NCBI GenBank assembly: GCA_964016885.1
Contig: OZ024743.1
Location: 171,368,001-171,432,000 of the forward strand
Length of the DNA stretch: 64,000 nt
Direction: 5' to 3'
Source: Eledone cirrhosa
Taxonomy: Eukaryota
Part shown: positions 26,339-39,335 of the stretch, in pieces
Position numbering within the stretch: position 1 is the stretch's first letter
Layout: each line of letters begins with the position of its first letter
Made by a program: the position numbers and the translations under genes
Notes under the pieces: generated by a model
Database searches by the model: none
What the model was told of the DNA's origin: nothing
The model's input: only the letters and a program-made list of their open reading frames with translations

Positions 26339-26370
26339 GTTGGGTGAGGAATGGAGTAAGTTAGAAAGGA

Positions 26371-28350
26371 TCACCTACCCCGATCGTGTGGGAAACGGAC
26401 AGTCGAAACGTCCCTTTGGCTGGTCATGGGTGTCTCCAAGATGATGTCGGTGTATATCCTCATGGAAACCGACCCTCTGAAGTCTCCAACTGCGTTGGGA
26501 ATTTTTCTTTTAAATGTTTATAATGTTCTATTTTAATTTCAATAATGTTTATATTTTTCGGGAAAGTTCTTGGTGTTGGTGGGGTGTAGTAATTTTTGTC
26601 TGTAATGTCTGTGTGCTGCTTTATATGTTCTAAGAATTCTTTATTTGCCATGTTTATGGCTGTGTAATGTTTTTTTGGGTGTGTGGGGTTGGGGTGGGGT
26701 GTGTGTGTGTGGGGGGGGGGGGGGGTCATTGCTGTTTTCTTGTTGCTGCTGTTGGGTATGTTTGTCTATGCTGGTGGTGTGGTGGACGTTGGTGGTGATG
26801 GTGGTGGCGTTGCTGTGAGTCGCCTTGCAGCCTTTACCCCTCTTTGTTTCCCTTCGCTTTCGGAGGGTGAAGCTAAGGGTTTTTTTTTTTTTTTTTTTTT
26901 GTGGCAGACAGTTTGCCACTTCACTCATGCCTCAGACTCTATGTCGGATTCCGTGGCGGCTGGGAGGGGCATGTGCTCCACGGCTGTTGGTGGTGGTAGT
27001 GGAGCCCTCTGCAGCGATTTTGTTGCTGGTGTAGTTACTGCAAATGTAGCTACTGGCGTTGCCGCCATTGCTTCTGCTGTTTTAGTTGTCCGTGGTCTTG
27101 GTATGGTTGCCACAGACGTTGCCCTCCTACTCACCGTGGAAGGGTCTACTGCGTTTGTTTCCTGCCTGCTCTTGGTAGCAGCGGACCAGACATTGGAAGG
27201 AGGGGAGCCTACTTCTTCGCTATCTTCTGCGGGCAAAAGGCCCTGAGGTAACCCATTGACCCACAGAGATAGCATTTTGGGCGCTTTCCTTCCACACTTA
27301 TAGTGAGTTGGAGTCCTTCCTCGAGGTCTATGATATCGGGGATAGCCTCGATACACTCCTGGTCAGTTTGTATTAGCTTTCGAATGCCTATGCCTGACCA
27401 GTTCTCTCTCCCTAATTCCTCTACTTGCAGCATGGTCGTCCTGCCCTTGACTCCAGCAAAGATAGACACGGCCAGCCAAGGTATGGGCACGGCGGGTGGG
27501 ACCTGGGTCACTTTGACCCTCACAATTTTTTGTCCACAGTAGAAGGGCACCAAAATTATCTCCTCACTCTCTAGGGTTACCAAAGAGTGAGACTTCACCT
27601 CCTGGGGGTGGAAAAAAATACGTCTACTGTGGCACATTTTTTTCCTCGGGTGATGTGGGCTTTGCGCGCCCAGACGCACCCAAGACCTTTTGGATATGAT
27701 CCTCCGTGGCTCTCTCCACCCGATGTGATATTTTGTTTACAGTGCGGTAAGTTACCGTCCGTAACTGCTGGTCATTGAAAAAAATCGGGTGGAGGTGTCA
27801 GGGAGACTTAATTGGCATTTCTTGTCACCATGGCCCTTGCGACTGCCATCTCCTCCTCTGTGACTAGCACTGTTTCAATATTTCGGGCCACACCTGCGAA
27901 AGAAGTGGCCCCTTTGTCAGCGGCACCACTATTGCTGACGCTACTGGTCTTGCTGGTGGGACTGGTATTGATGTCATTGTTGTTGTTTTCGTTGGTACTG
28001 TTGTTGCTGTTATTGTGGCTGTTGTTGTTATTGTTGTTTTCATTGATACTGTTCCCACTATTATTGTTGTTATTGTCATTGTTATTGTCTTACCGCTATT
28101 ATTTTTGTTGTTGCTGTTGTTATTGATGGTGTTGTTGTTGGTCTTATTGTTGGTGTTGTTTGTGTTAGTAATATTTGGTAACTTTAAATCTGAAACAATA
28201 TCATTAAAAAAGATATTGTTCCTCTTTTCCTTCGTAATATTTTCTTTTCTATTTACCTTCACCAGAACGCTGTCTTGTTGACATGTTGACAAAATCCCCT
28301 CTCTCTGTGTTGTCTGACAGCGCTCTCTCTCTCTTTCTTGTGTTATCCAT
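26371..28350 (-). pseudogene. Tx1-3 ORF1, disrupted
   Basis: 27209-27679 is homologous to Tx1-1 ORF1 (QKIVRVK.T.VPP, IQT.QECIEA.PD, EGK.PKC). Confidence 0.75.
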
Positions 28351-29344
28351 GTTGAAAGAAATGTCTTTTTTTTATTTTTGAAATAATTTTTACATAATAC
28401 GACACCCTGTAAAGGGGTGCCGTATTATTTACGAGTGAACCCCCTGTATTAGGTGGGTCACTTCTTCTAAACCTTTATCAAGTTTAAAACTTGAATAAAA
28501 GGTTAAGAACGGTGAAATCGAGTTATACTGTTGAAAAAACTGGAGCCGATAAGAAGCGTGGCTTCACCTTCAATAATAATAATGATAATAATGGATATGT
28601 ACTGTTATAAATTCTCTCCCGTAAGTTTATGTTTTTTTCAATATTTAAAACACTTGTGATATAATAATTTTTATTGTAAATGAGACATAAGACATCAGCC
28701 CTTATCTTCAAGAAATGAGATCACATAATATCTAGGAATATAATTCAAATATTTAATTTTATGCTAAAAATGTTTATATAAAAAAAGAAAATGTCTAAAA
28801 GTGGAAGAAAACTCCCTCTTCGTTTACTCACTACAACAGCCAAATAACGGCAATATCACTGCCACCACCACCACCAATCCCATCATAATAATAATTACTA
28901 TTGTTGTATCTCTAAGCTCTCAAAATGTTTAGTTCAAATATTATGGAGCTATGTCAACTTTTATAAGTAATAAGGCGAAAAACTAGAGCAAGAAAACAGA
29001 CAAAAAGAAACACAATATCAAAAAAATTACATATTCAAAACACTTGTGATATAATAATTTTTATTGCAAATGGAACTGAAGGCATCAGCCCTCACCTTCA
29101 AGTGAGATCACATAATATCTGGCAATATAACTAAAGTATTTAATTTTATGTTAAAAAATTTTATATTAAAAAAAGAAAATGTCTACAAGTGGAAGAAAAC
29201 CCCCTCTGCGTCTTCTAACTACAACAGCCAAATAACGGCAATATCACCGCCGGCGCCACCACCGATCCCATAAGAATAATAATTATTGTAGTTGTATCTC
29301 TAAGCTCTCTCAAAATGTTTAGTTCAAACGATGTCAACTTGTAT

Positions 29345-29720
29345 AATAATTGTTTCTACTTTTGGCACAAGGCCAGCAATTATTCCAGTGTATTACTGGT
29401 ACTTTATTTTATCGACCTCGTAAGGATGAAAAGCAAAGTTAACCTCGGCGGGATTTGAACTCAGAATGGCAAGGGCCGTAACTCTATGCGTCAAAGCATG
29501 GCGTCCGACCCGCTACCAATACTGCCAATCCACCGCCTTGTATAATGATTGTTTCTACTTTTGACACAAGGCCAGCAATTACCCAGTACATTACTGGTAC
29601 TTTATTTTATCGACCCCGTAAGGATAAAAGGCAAAGTTAACCTCGGCGGGATTTGAACTCAGACCGTAAAGGGAGTAACTATGCTGGAAAGCATGGCGTC
29701 CGACTCTCTACCGATATGAT
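29345..29720 (-). mobile_element. Two tandem tRNA-derived SINEs
   Basis: Two near-identical ~190-bp units ttgtttctacttttggcacaaggccagcaatt...atcgacc.cgtaagga..aaaggcaaagttaacctcggcgggatttgaactcag. Confidence 0.85.
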
Positions 29721-30054
29721 AAGTAACAAGTCGAAAAACTATAGAACATAACAGACAAAAACAAACGCAACATCAAAAGAAAAACAAAATCCAAAAGTTT
29801 TGAACGCAGCACCCCTACCCCCCTTGTTGCTATGACTACGAGCTTAGCGTAGCTAAAATCAAAAACAGCTCCAGCAGCAACAACAACACTAGTAACCGAT
29901 GTTACTGGCCTTGAAAAACGAAAAAAGGAAAAAAACAGAAAAAGTCAGACATTCAAACATTACATTGACAAACACTACCACTACTACCACAGAAAAATGA
30001 AAATGAAAATGATAATGCTTTGTTGATGTTGATGGTGGTGATGCTGATGAAAAT

Positions 30055-30545
30055 GATTGTTTCTACTTTTGGGACAGGGCCAGTGATTGGCCCGCTGAAT
30101 TGCTGGTGCTCTGTCTTGTTGATCCCGTAGAGTGAGGAGCGGTGTTGACCTCGGCGCGATTTGTGCTAGGACCATAAATGGCAGATTCTGATGATAATAA
30201 TAATTGTATCTGCTTTTGGCACAGGGCCAGCGATTGACTTCGGCAGGATTTGTGCTCAGACCATAAGTTGTAGATGCTGATGATGATGTTAGTTGTTTCT
30301 GCTTTTGGCACAAGACCAGCAATTATCCCAGTGTATTTCTGGCTCTCTGTTTTATCAACTCCGTAAGATAATAATAATTATTTCTATTTTTTTTGGCACA
30401 AGGCCAGCAATTATCCCACTGCATTACTGGTACTTTATTTTATCGACCCCGTAAGGATGAAAGGCAAGTTAACTTCGACAGGATCTGAACTCAAATCATA
30501 AAGGGCCATAACTCTATTCTGAAAAGCGTGGCGTCCGACCATCGA
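30055..30545 (-). mobile_element. Cluster of about four SINE fragments
   Basis: Repeated SINE 3' ends (tttggcacaaggccagcaatt) at ~30060, 30205, 30295 and 30385. Confidence 0.7.
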
Positions 30546-32870
30546 CTTATAAACAGGATTCACATTAGGAAAACATTAAAAACAGCACAAAAATTAATGA
30601 TAGATAAATGTCACATAAATTGCCTTGAAATTTAATTTTTTCGTTTTTTCAACGTGGTGGTGTCACGCTAAACACTGGTGGTGGTGCAACCATAAATTCA
30701 CTAATCCTCGATATGAGTGTTTAAATGTCGAACCTAAACAGTTCGAATAAGGGTGAAAAGGAGGCTGGAACGTCACGTGAAAGACTCTCACCCTGCAAGT
30801 GCTCCCTGGCGCAGCAACAGGGTCCTGGCTGTCATCCAAAGGGTGTTGGAGGAAGAAGGAATGGGACAAGAACCAACTGGACGAAAGAATTGATTAGAAC
30901 TTTCATGAAATGATACCTGACGAGTAACCCCATGGAAAAAGGCTATAGGAAACGGATGCATAACATCTGGAACGAGATTGGTCTTTTTAAATTAGGTGAA
31001 CAAAAATTGGCCGGTCAGGCTCGTGTAATAAGAACTAATGGATGGATAAGCGAGTTCGAACTGGAGGAACTGAGCAGAGAGATTGATTTGGAAATGGAGA
31101 GTGGTGTATATCAGACAAATGAGCCAGTGAGAAATGAAGGTGAAGAGGTTGACAGACTTAAGGAAGCAACCGAAGCAGACAAAGATCTGAATGCTAAAAT
31201 AAATAACATCTGGAACAAAGATACGGCCATTGAAGAAATGAATGCTGACGGGTTAGGGCAAGATTTTGTTGATATTCTGAACTTAGTGGTAGATGAAATT
31301 AACAATGATAGTGGAAAACCTATGAACCCAAGATTTGTAGAAAAAGTTAAAAGAAACAACAGATAAGGTAAACGAGGTCATCCCATACGTTGAGGCGAGG
31401 AACCTTCACCAATGCACCAATATCCTCAGAGCAACCGTAAATGTGGTGGAAAAATTATTTGTTATAAAAACGAGAGGAAACAACAATCAAGAAAGATCAG
31501 AACCTTGGTGGAAGAAACGACTGAATGGTCAAATCAAGGAAATGAGAAAATAAATTGGAAAGCTTGAGTCTTTATTCAACAGGTCATTACAAAACATAGA
31601 CACTAAAGATAGATTGAAAATAAAATACAAAACTAGGGGAAAAGAACTAAATGTTATCATAGAGGAACTGAAGCAACGCATAGCAACAAAAAGTGCAAAA
31701 TTAGGCGGTATGAGAACAGAGTTAGTCAGTATAGACAGAACCACATGTTTGACAACAGCCAGAAGATGTTGTTTGAACAACTTGAAGGGAAAGAAAGAGG
31801 CAAATACGTGATCCCTGAGGCTGAACAGACTAAGACATTTTGGAAAGGAATATGGGAGCAGGATGTTGAACATAATAGTTAGGAAGTGTGGATTGAGACA
31901 TTTAAAAAGATTAGTGTACAAGGACACCAACAACCTGATCTGAGTATCACAGCTGAAACTCTTAAAGGTAAAAAAACTAACCAACTGGAAATCACCAGGC
32001 GCAGATGGTGTGCAAGGATATTGGATGAAAAATAAAACATCCTCCAACCAAAACTGACTGCTTGATGTCGGGTGAGGTACCAGAGTGGTTGACAAAAGGT
32101 ACCACAGTTCTGATAATAAAAGACTGAATTAAGGTTATTGATGTGACCAACTATAGACCTATCACATGTCTGTCAGTAATGTGGAAACTGTTAACAAGCA
32201 TTGTATCTGAGGAAATCTACCATCACCTCCACATAAACAACCGGACGAATAGAAAGGATGCCGAAAGAAGCCCCGTGGTACAAAGGGCCAGTTACTTATT
32301 GATAAGATGGTAATGAGGAATTACAGGAGGAGACACACTGGTCTTGCCATGGCATTGATAGATTACAAGAAGGCATTCGACATGGTACCTCATTCTTGGA
32401 TAACCAAAAGCCTAGAGATCTTCATATTGCGAAAAGTGAGAGCAGGATACACATTGGGAAAAGGAGAGCTTACCATCAACCACCTCCTCTTCATCGACGA
32501 CCTTAAACTCTTTGGGAAGAGTGAGAAGGAGTTGGATGTACTTGTTAAAACTGTCCGTATTTTCAGCAATGATATATGTATGGGATTTGGTGTTAATAAG
32601 TGTGGAGTCCTAATGATGGGGAGGGGTAAATTGAACAGAAGCAACGGAATCCAGGTACCAACAGGTGAGATGATAAAGGAAATTGACACTGAAGAGGGAT
32701 GCAAATATTTAGGTGTTCTGGAGGCAGATGACACCAAGAACAATAAAACGAAGGAATTGATTATATCTGAGTACATAAGGAGAGTAAAGAACATACTAAA
32801 ATCACATCTAAATAGTAGGATTGTCATAAACGCATTAAATGCCCGAGCTGTGTCTATTATTAGGTACAGT

Positions 32871-33056
32871 AGGGCGGTGAATTGGCAGTATCGGTAGAGG
32901 GTCTGAGACCATGCTTTCAAGCTTCGTTAAATCCCATTACGGTCTGAGTTCAAAACCCGTCGAGGTTAACTTTGCCTTTCATCCTTACGGGGTTGATAAA
33001 ATAAAGTACCAGTAATGTACTGGGTAATTGCTAGCCTTGTGCCAAAAGTAGAAACA
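32871..33056 (+). mobile_element. Full-length tRNA-derived SINE inserted in Dong D, 15-bp TSD
   Basis: TSD attattaggtacagt at 32856-32870 and 33057-33071; A-box tggcagtatcgg, B-box gagttcaaaacc. Confidence 0.92.
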
Positions 33057-34177
33057 ATTATTAGGTACAGTGCGGGAATTCTCAAATGAAATGTTACTGA
33101 ACAAAAAGAAATGGATAGAAAGACTAGAAAGCTAATGACTACCAACAGCATGTTCCAGAAGAGGAGTGATGTTGATAGACTCTACTTAAGGAGATCTGAA
33201 GGTGGAAGAGGTCTAATCGGCATAGAGGACTGTGTTCAGATGAACGAAAACCATCTGCACAAATATGTATCTGACAGTAGGGAGCCAATGCTCCAGGTTT
33301 TACTGAAGGAGAAGACCAGGGGATGTCCAACGAGGAAATAACAACAAGGAGGAAGCGCAACCTTCATGAAAAAACCCTTCATAGCACCTTCTTTAAGAAA
33401 ACGGAATTCAGAGATCCACAGACATGGAACTAGTTAAAAAGAGGAGATCTTAAAAAAGCTACAGAAGGAATGGTAATGGCTGCACAAGAGCAAGCCCTCA
33501 GAACAACGTGGGTGAAACACCATATTGACAAGGAGGAGTCTAGCTCACTGTGTAGGATCTGTGGAGTGAGAGAGAGAGAGGAGATTGTGGCTCACATTGT
33601 ATGCGAGTGTAAATACCTAGCCCAGACTTATTATTAATGCTGAAGACAAGATATAATAGGAAAGGTGTTTCACAGGTATCTATGCAAACTAAATAATTTA
33701 CCACATTCTGAGAAGTGGTATGAGCATAAGCCAGAGTCGGTGATAGAAAACGATCAAGTGAAGGTCCTATGGGATTTCAGGATACAGACGGACAAGACAT
33801 TAGAACACAATAGGACTGACCTGATGCCTGATTGCAGATATAATTTACACCTTTGACACGAGAGTGCAAGAAAAGGAGAAGGAGAAAATTAACCGATACC
33901 AGGATTTAAAGTGGGAGTTAAAAAGGATTTGGAACTGCCTAGAAATCAAGGTCGTCCCGATTGTCATAGGAGCATCAAAGAGTTGTCAATGATGGTTAAA
34001 GAAGATTAGTCCCACCCCGTTTTTTGGAACACTTCAAAAGGCGTGCTTGCTGGGAAGAGCAAAAATCCTCCGATACGTCCTGAATATCTGAGGCTGCAGG
34101 TAACTGCTTGATATTCATTTGAACAAACTTTCCAGTTAAATAACATCAATGACTGAGACTCAAAGAATGATAATAAT

Positions 34178-34530
34178 GAAAAATTGAGCAAGTATAAAGA
34201 CCTGGAGATAGAGATTGGAAAAATTTGGAAGATGAGAATTAAAATAATACCAGTGACTGTAGGGGCTCTCGGAATGATACCTAAGGGGTCTAATAATTAC
34301 TTTTCCCAAATCCCAGGAAAGCCGCGTATAGAAGAAATACAAAAGATAGTACTAATAGGAACTGCCCATATACTAAGGAAGATTCTGTCAATATAAGTAC
34401 ATCACTAAAGATGCATCTGTGCGTATGTGTGTTCTTTCTTGAACATGGTGGATCTTGTTTTCTCTTGAGGTCACTGATTGTGACTTGGTGATAACTCGTA
34501 TGAACATAAAGCAAAATAAATGAAAAAATA
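34178..34530 (+). mobile_element. 3' fragment of a second R4/Dong family (family B)
   Basis: KLSKYKDLEIEIGKIWKMRIKIIPVTVGALG...GTAHILRKILSI (RLE C-terminus), 3' UTR; follows an AAT tract. Confidence 0.85.
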
Positions 34531-34541
34531 CTAATAATGAT

Positions 34542-34792
34542 GTTTCCTTTATTAACCACGAGGGTTGACATAAAGTATAACATTAAGGACAGCAAAGGAC
34601 GATACAGGATAGTACAAATGGGCATATCTGTGTGTAAAGAAAAAAACAAAGAAAATGACAAAAATGAAGCAAATAGAAAATTACCCAATAGAGAGGAGAC
34701 TTCCGAGGGATACTCGTGGAGAAAGCCCATTAAAAAAGCCACGATGACCCTGACCAGCAGGGCCAAGCGCCCGCTCTCAGTTTTCCCACTCC
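34542..34792 (-). mobile_element. Tx1 3'-UTR-only fragment
   Basis: Homologous to the 3' UTRs at 8765-9110 and 22898-23150; ends AATAAAggaaac next to an (ATT)-like tract. Confidence 0.8.
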
Positions 34793-34830
34793 AATATAAG
34801 TACATCACAAGTCTAAACACCTAAAGATAC

Positions 34831-34866
<36 letters not shown>

Positions 34867-34980
34867 ATGTGTGTGTGTTCTTTCTTGAACATGGCGGACC
34901 TTGTTGTCTCTTGAGGTCACTGGTTGTGGCTTGGTGATAAGTCGTATGAACATAAAGCAAGATAAATGAAAAAAAAAAAA
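34793..34980 (+). mobile_element. Dong family B 3'-UTR fragment
   Basis: Near-identical to 34390-34530 and 37043-37197. Confidence 0.8.
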
Positions 34981-34981
34981 T

Positions 34982-35600
34982 AGAAGACGCACGTGGTGGA
35001 TAGATTGTTATGGATTCGCTCCCGTAAGTTTTTAGTTTTTTTACATATTTAAAACAACTGTAATATAATAATTCTTATTGCAAATGGGATATAACGCACC
35101 AACCTTTAACTCTCAGGAAGTGAGATCCCATAATACCCTGGCATATGGCTCAAATATCTAATTTTGTATTATAAATTTTATATTAAAAAAAGAAAACGGT
35201 TACAAATGGAAGAAAACCCCTCATTGTACACTAAATACAACCGCCAAATAACGGCAATTTCACCACCACCACCACCACCACCACCACCACCACCAACCAC
35301 CAATCCCAACATAATAATAATTATTATTATTGTATCTCAAGTTTTCTCAAAATGTTTAGTTCAAATATTAAGGAAAGATGTCAACATATATATTAAACAT
35401 AGGTAACAAAGCTACTGAACAGATCAAAGGAAAAAAAATAACTAACAAAAATATTGATCGAACAAACACAACACTACATTGTAATGGCTACAAAATTTAG
35501 ACAAACCAACAGCAACAACAACGCCACCACTGCAGTACCACTACCCCATCACCACCGCCAACACTACTCCATTGCCGCCACCACTCCATCATTGCTACCA
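34982..35600 (+). repeat. Third copy of the Dong leader sequence
   Basis: agacgcacgtggtggata...ttatggattcgctcccGTAAGT etc., homologous to 14671+ and 28593+. Confidence 0.7.
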
Positions 35601-35609
35601 CCCCTATTC

Positions 35610-37197
35610 CTATTTGCAAAAGATGATGAGCAAGGGCTATTAGCCACTGTGAAGCAGTTCAGTGATGCTATTAAAATGGAGTTTGGACTAGATAAATGCG
35701 CCAAAGCTACGTTCACTAGAGGAAAGCTGCTGTGAAATTCAAACATTAATCTTGATTGGGGGAATGTGATAAGAGAATTTTATCAAGAGGAAACTTACAA
35801 ATATCTAGGTGTTTGTGAAGGAGACGGAATCAAGCATTTGACAATGAGGGAAAGGATAAGGAAGGAATGTTACCGCAGATTAAGAGCATTCTTAAGAACG
35901 GAGTTGAATGCCAGGAATAGGATCTATGTCATAAACACACTTGCCATACTAGTAGTAACTTGCAGTTTCAATGTCATCATAGGCTCGATACAAAAATTAG
36001 AAAATTCTTAACCATGCACAGAATGCATCACCCTAAGGCAGATACAGATGGAATATATCTCCTTAGGAAAGAAGGAGGACGTGGGTTAATCCAGTTAGAT
36101 ATTGCGTTGAAAACTGCAACAATTAGAATATGTACATATCTAAGGGAATCACATGATTGAATGATCAAACTCGTTTTGAAACACGAAAGCATCAAAAGAT
36201 CATACTCCATTACAAAAGATTACAAAGATACAGTAATGAACTTCAAATTTCAGAAGTTCTCTTTACTGCTGAAATGAAAAACACAGAAAAACAAAGCAGG
36301 TAAAAGAAACTGCAAAGAAAGAACAGCTACAGAAACTGGCTAAGAAATGGCAAAAAAATCCTCTGTATGGAAAATACTCCAAAAGAGCTAACAATCCTGA
36401 TGTTGACAAAACTTTAACCCATCAGTGGTTGGCATCCTCTGGACTGAAATCGAAGACTGAAGGACTGATTATATCAGCACAAGATCAGTGGCTGCCAACA
36501 AAAGATTATCAAGCCAACATCATAAAAAATGGATGTAACCCATTGTGCCGTGTATGTAAAAAAAATCAGAGACAATTGATCATATAATTTCAATGTGCAG
36601 CCCTATAGCTGCACAATATATACATTGGGTAATGTGTAAGCATTTTGACCTGCCCCATCAAAAGAATTGGTGGGAGCATCAACCACCTCCCGTACTTGAA
36701 AAATGTCACATCTCAATTTTGTGGAACTTTAGCATCCAAACAGACCGACAAATAAATGCAAATAGACCTGATATAATACTGAAGGACTTTAAAATTAGGG
36801 TATGCCTGCTAATTGATATATCTGTTCCAATAGACAAGAATGTATCTATAAAAACATTTGAAAAATTGAGCAAGTATAAAGACCTGGGGATAGAGATTGG
36901 AAAAATGATTGTAGGTGCTCTAGGAATGATACCTAAGGGGTCTAATGATTACTTATCCCAAAATCTCAGGAAAGCCACGTATAGAAGAAAGGCAAAATAT
37001 AGTACTAATGGGAACTGCCCATATACTAAGGAAGATTCTGTCAATATAACTACATCACAACTCTAAATACCTAAAGATACAGGCGTGTGTATGTGTGTTC
37101 TTTCTTGAACATGGTGGACCTGGTTGTCTCTTGAGGTCACTGGTTGCGACTTGGTGATAACTCGTATGAACATAAAGCAAGATAAATGAAAAAAAAT
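35610..37197 (+). mobile_element. Dong family B, 5'-truncated and degenerate
   Basis: MEFGLDKC, YKYLG, YL.RKEGGRGL, NRPDIIL..LIDISVP, KLSKYKDL. Confidence 0.85.
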
Positions 37198-37199
37198 AT

Positions 37200-37790
37200 A
37201 ATGATATACATATATTAACTTGACACCTGTGTAATCTTTTACAGATAAGAATACAACCGGCATTACTTGAAAGATGTCGAGAATCGGCCAGCTAATATAT
37301 GACAATAATAAAGTTACAATAAAGTCACCGCGGTAGATTAGAGAAATAATTGAATAGGTTGAAAGATCAAGTCTCATATTAGTCAGGATTATACTGAGAA
37401 ACAATTTTCAGTTGTTTGTGTCTGCAATTAAAAATGTCTTCCTGTCTAGTATTTACTAATTTTGTGCCAGTTATTATATAATAAATCTCAAGTGTACAAA
37501 TATGACATACACATGTATGCTGTTGATACTGACCGGCAAATCCCAGGATAGACGACGAAATTTCGTACTTTTGTGTGGCTTCTTTTAATTCCCAATTTTT
37601 ATCAGCTAAAACAGTTGAGTTTCTAAGTTTAGGTTTCTTAAACTTGTGTATGTGTACATACCATATTTTATTGAAAAGGTTGGATGTAACCCCAATATAT
37701 CTGAATTTTTGGTTGTTCACTTTAATCTCATACTGGTATACAATATTATCATACAAATTCTGCAGGGGACATTTCCCTTCTTAACCCGCG
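37200..37790 (-). mobile_element. Penelope-like GIY-YIG endonuclease fragment
   Basis: NIVYQYEIKVNNQKFRYIGVT...ST.LA...WELK...C.IC.LE.YYI...L.N.R.E....CRH. Confidence 0.8.
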
Positions 37791-38119
37791 CGAAGGACGA
37801 TGCAGTATTGTTCTTTCTCGTTCCTCTCACCATATCACAGTTTTGGTGGTTTTATTCGCGCGATTCACCAATCTGTTACTTTCTCATACCCACAAAGACT
37901 AGGCTATTTTAGAGGCGGCCTTTACTCGCTTCGACGTAGCTACAACACTGGTTTGTGCGTTTTCTTGGGAGCTACAGGTGTCATCCATTGCTCCATCTCT
38001 CCCACTAGTTTATCGCTGTTGGTTCGGAGTTGCTTATTCGTCCGGCAGTTGTCCGCTTATGTCGTACCTAACCGTCATATCTAGTGGCCGTATCGTTATC
38101 GCTAAATATTTTTAATGTT

Positions 38120-38265
38120 CGATTAGTTTGCTAGCAAACACCCTCATTACGCTATGTGTTCAAGACGACTAACGTTATCCTTTTGTTCCAGCGGTAGCAG
38201 CGATAAAAACAATCTACAATTGTTTCAGGGTTATTGCCCCTTATCAAGATGTAATTATCTTTACC
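38120..38265 (+). mobile_element. Partial copy of the MITE at 40886
   Basis: tatccttttgttccagcggtagc...acaattgttt is homologous to 40940-41020. Confidence 0.5.
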
Positions 38266-39144
38266 GGACATACATGCGTTCTTACATTCTTGGCTTGTTA
38301 CATATATACATAAACGTACACACACGCGTGTTTGCATTTTTGGCTTTTTACATAATACATAAATATATACACACACATAGATACATTATCCAGACAGTTA
38401 TAGCAAAAGTACACCGGAGTCAGAACGTGTAAACACTTAAAAATAAGGAATACTGGGCGGAACAGCCCAATAAAACCTGCAATCCGCTGAAAAAGCGGAT
38501 ACATACACGGAATAAAAGTCATTAGCGGCTGTAGAGATCAACTAGCCATGTCTAGTAAAAATAATTACATCTTGAAGAAAATATCTCGCATTCATTCGCA
38601 TTCGGCGAATATAGCATTGGCCAGGAGGAGTTGATTTATGACACCAGTAGAAACACATCAAAATAAGATGGGTAGGTTTCAAGAGACCTTTGGTCAGGTG
38701 AGGAGGGTAAGTGGAACACCAGTAGCACAAACAAGAGCTGTTAAAAGGGTGGATGAACTCTTCACTATGAATGGCCATCCACCCTAACTATGGCCTCTCC
38801 AATCCACAATTGACTAAGCGTGGTGAGTACGACTACACATCCGAAGACATGACCAAAACCAAATAGAAAGCGGTGGAGGTCAACCAGGGAGGGTTCCTTC
38901 AAAAAGAGTGAGAAGGCCTTGCATTGGATTGGATTAGAGGAAGAGTTGATGTTATCAAATGGTGTCCATCGCTAATTGGGTTATTCATGGGGAGTTGTTA
39001 TTAGTGTTCAAATCACTGACCTTCTCCTGGCTTCCAGTTATGATATAAGAGAACAGCTATGATGCGCAAATGCAGAACTTAGAGCTCTTGAACTGTGGTT
39101 ATAAATTATCCTTTGGTAAATTAGTCATTGAATTCTCTTTTAGC

Positions 39145-39335
39145 AAATTATCAGAGTTGTTAGAACGTCAGATAGAATGCTTTGAGGTATTCGATCCGGC
39201 TCTCTGCTCTCTCAGTTCAAATCCCGCTGAGGGTAACTTTGCCTTTCATCCTTTCGAGGTCGATGAAAAACATACCAGTCAGTACTGGGGTCAATTCTTT
39301 CTCACTTCCTCTCTGGAAGAAATCTGTATTTAGAC
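39145..39335 (+). mobile_element. tRNA-derived SINE (degenerate)
   Basis: gttcaaatcccgctgagggtaactttgcctttcatcctttcgaggtcgat...accagt..gtactgggg. Confidence 0.75.

Larger units (their letters stand above)
22898..28571 (-). mobile_element. Tx1-clade copy 3, full length, degenerate, flanked by (AAT)n
   Basis: 3' ...cccttgtagccAATAAAgaaacc plus (ATT)n; 5' abuts AAT tract 28572-28592; ORF1 CYLCGSMGYLRAFC; ORF2 motifs. Confidence 0.93.
28593..34165 (+). mobile_element. R4/Dong element D, degenerate full length: leader with internal duplication and SINE insertions, ORF remnant 30725-34091
   Basis: Same MSNLNSS start, RT and RLE motifs and 3' end (...gactgagactcaaag + aat) as A-C; leader homologous to 14671-15488. 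Confidence 0.85.

Noticed and set aside
29345-33056. tRNA genes
   Set aside because: A and B boxes belong to multi-copy SINE heads with non-tRNA bodies and TSDs; no cloverleaf.
38540-39080. Possible old LINE fragment
   Set aside because: Only weak hints (IRWVG); too degenerate to call.
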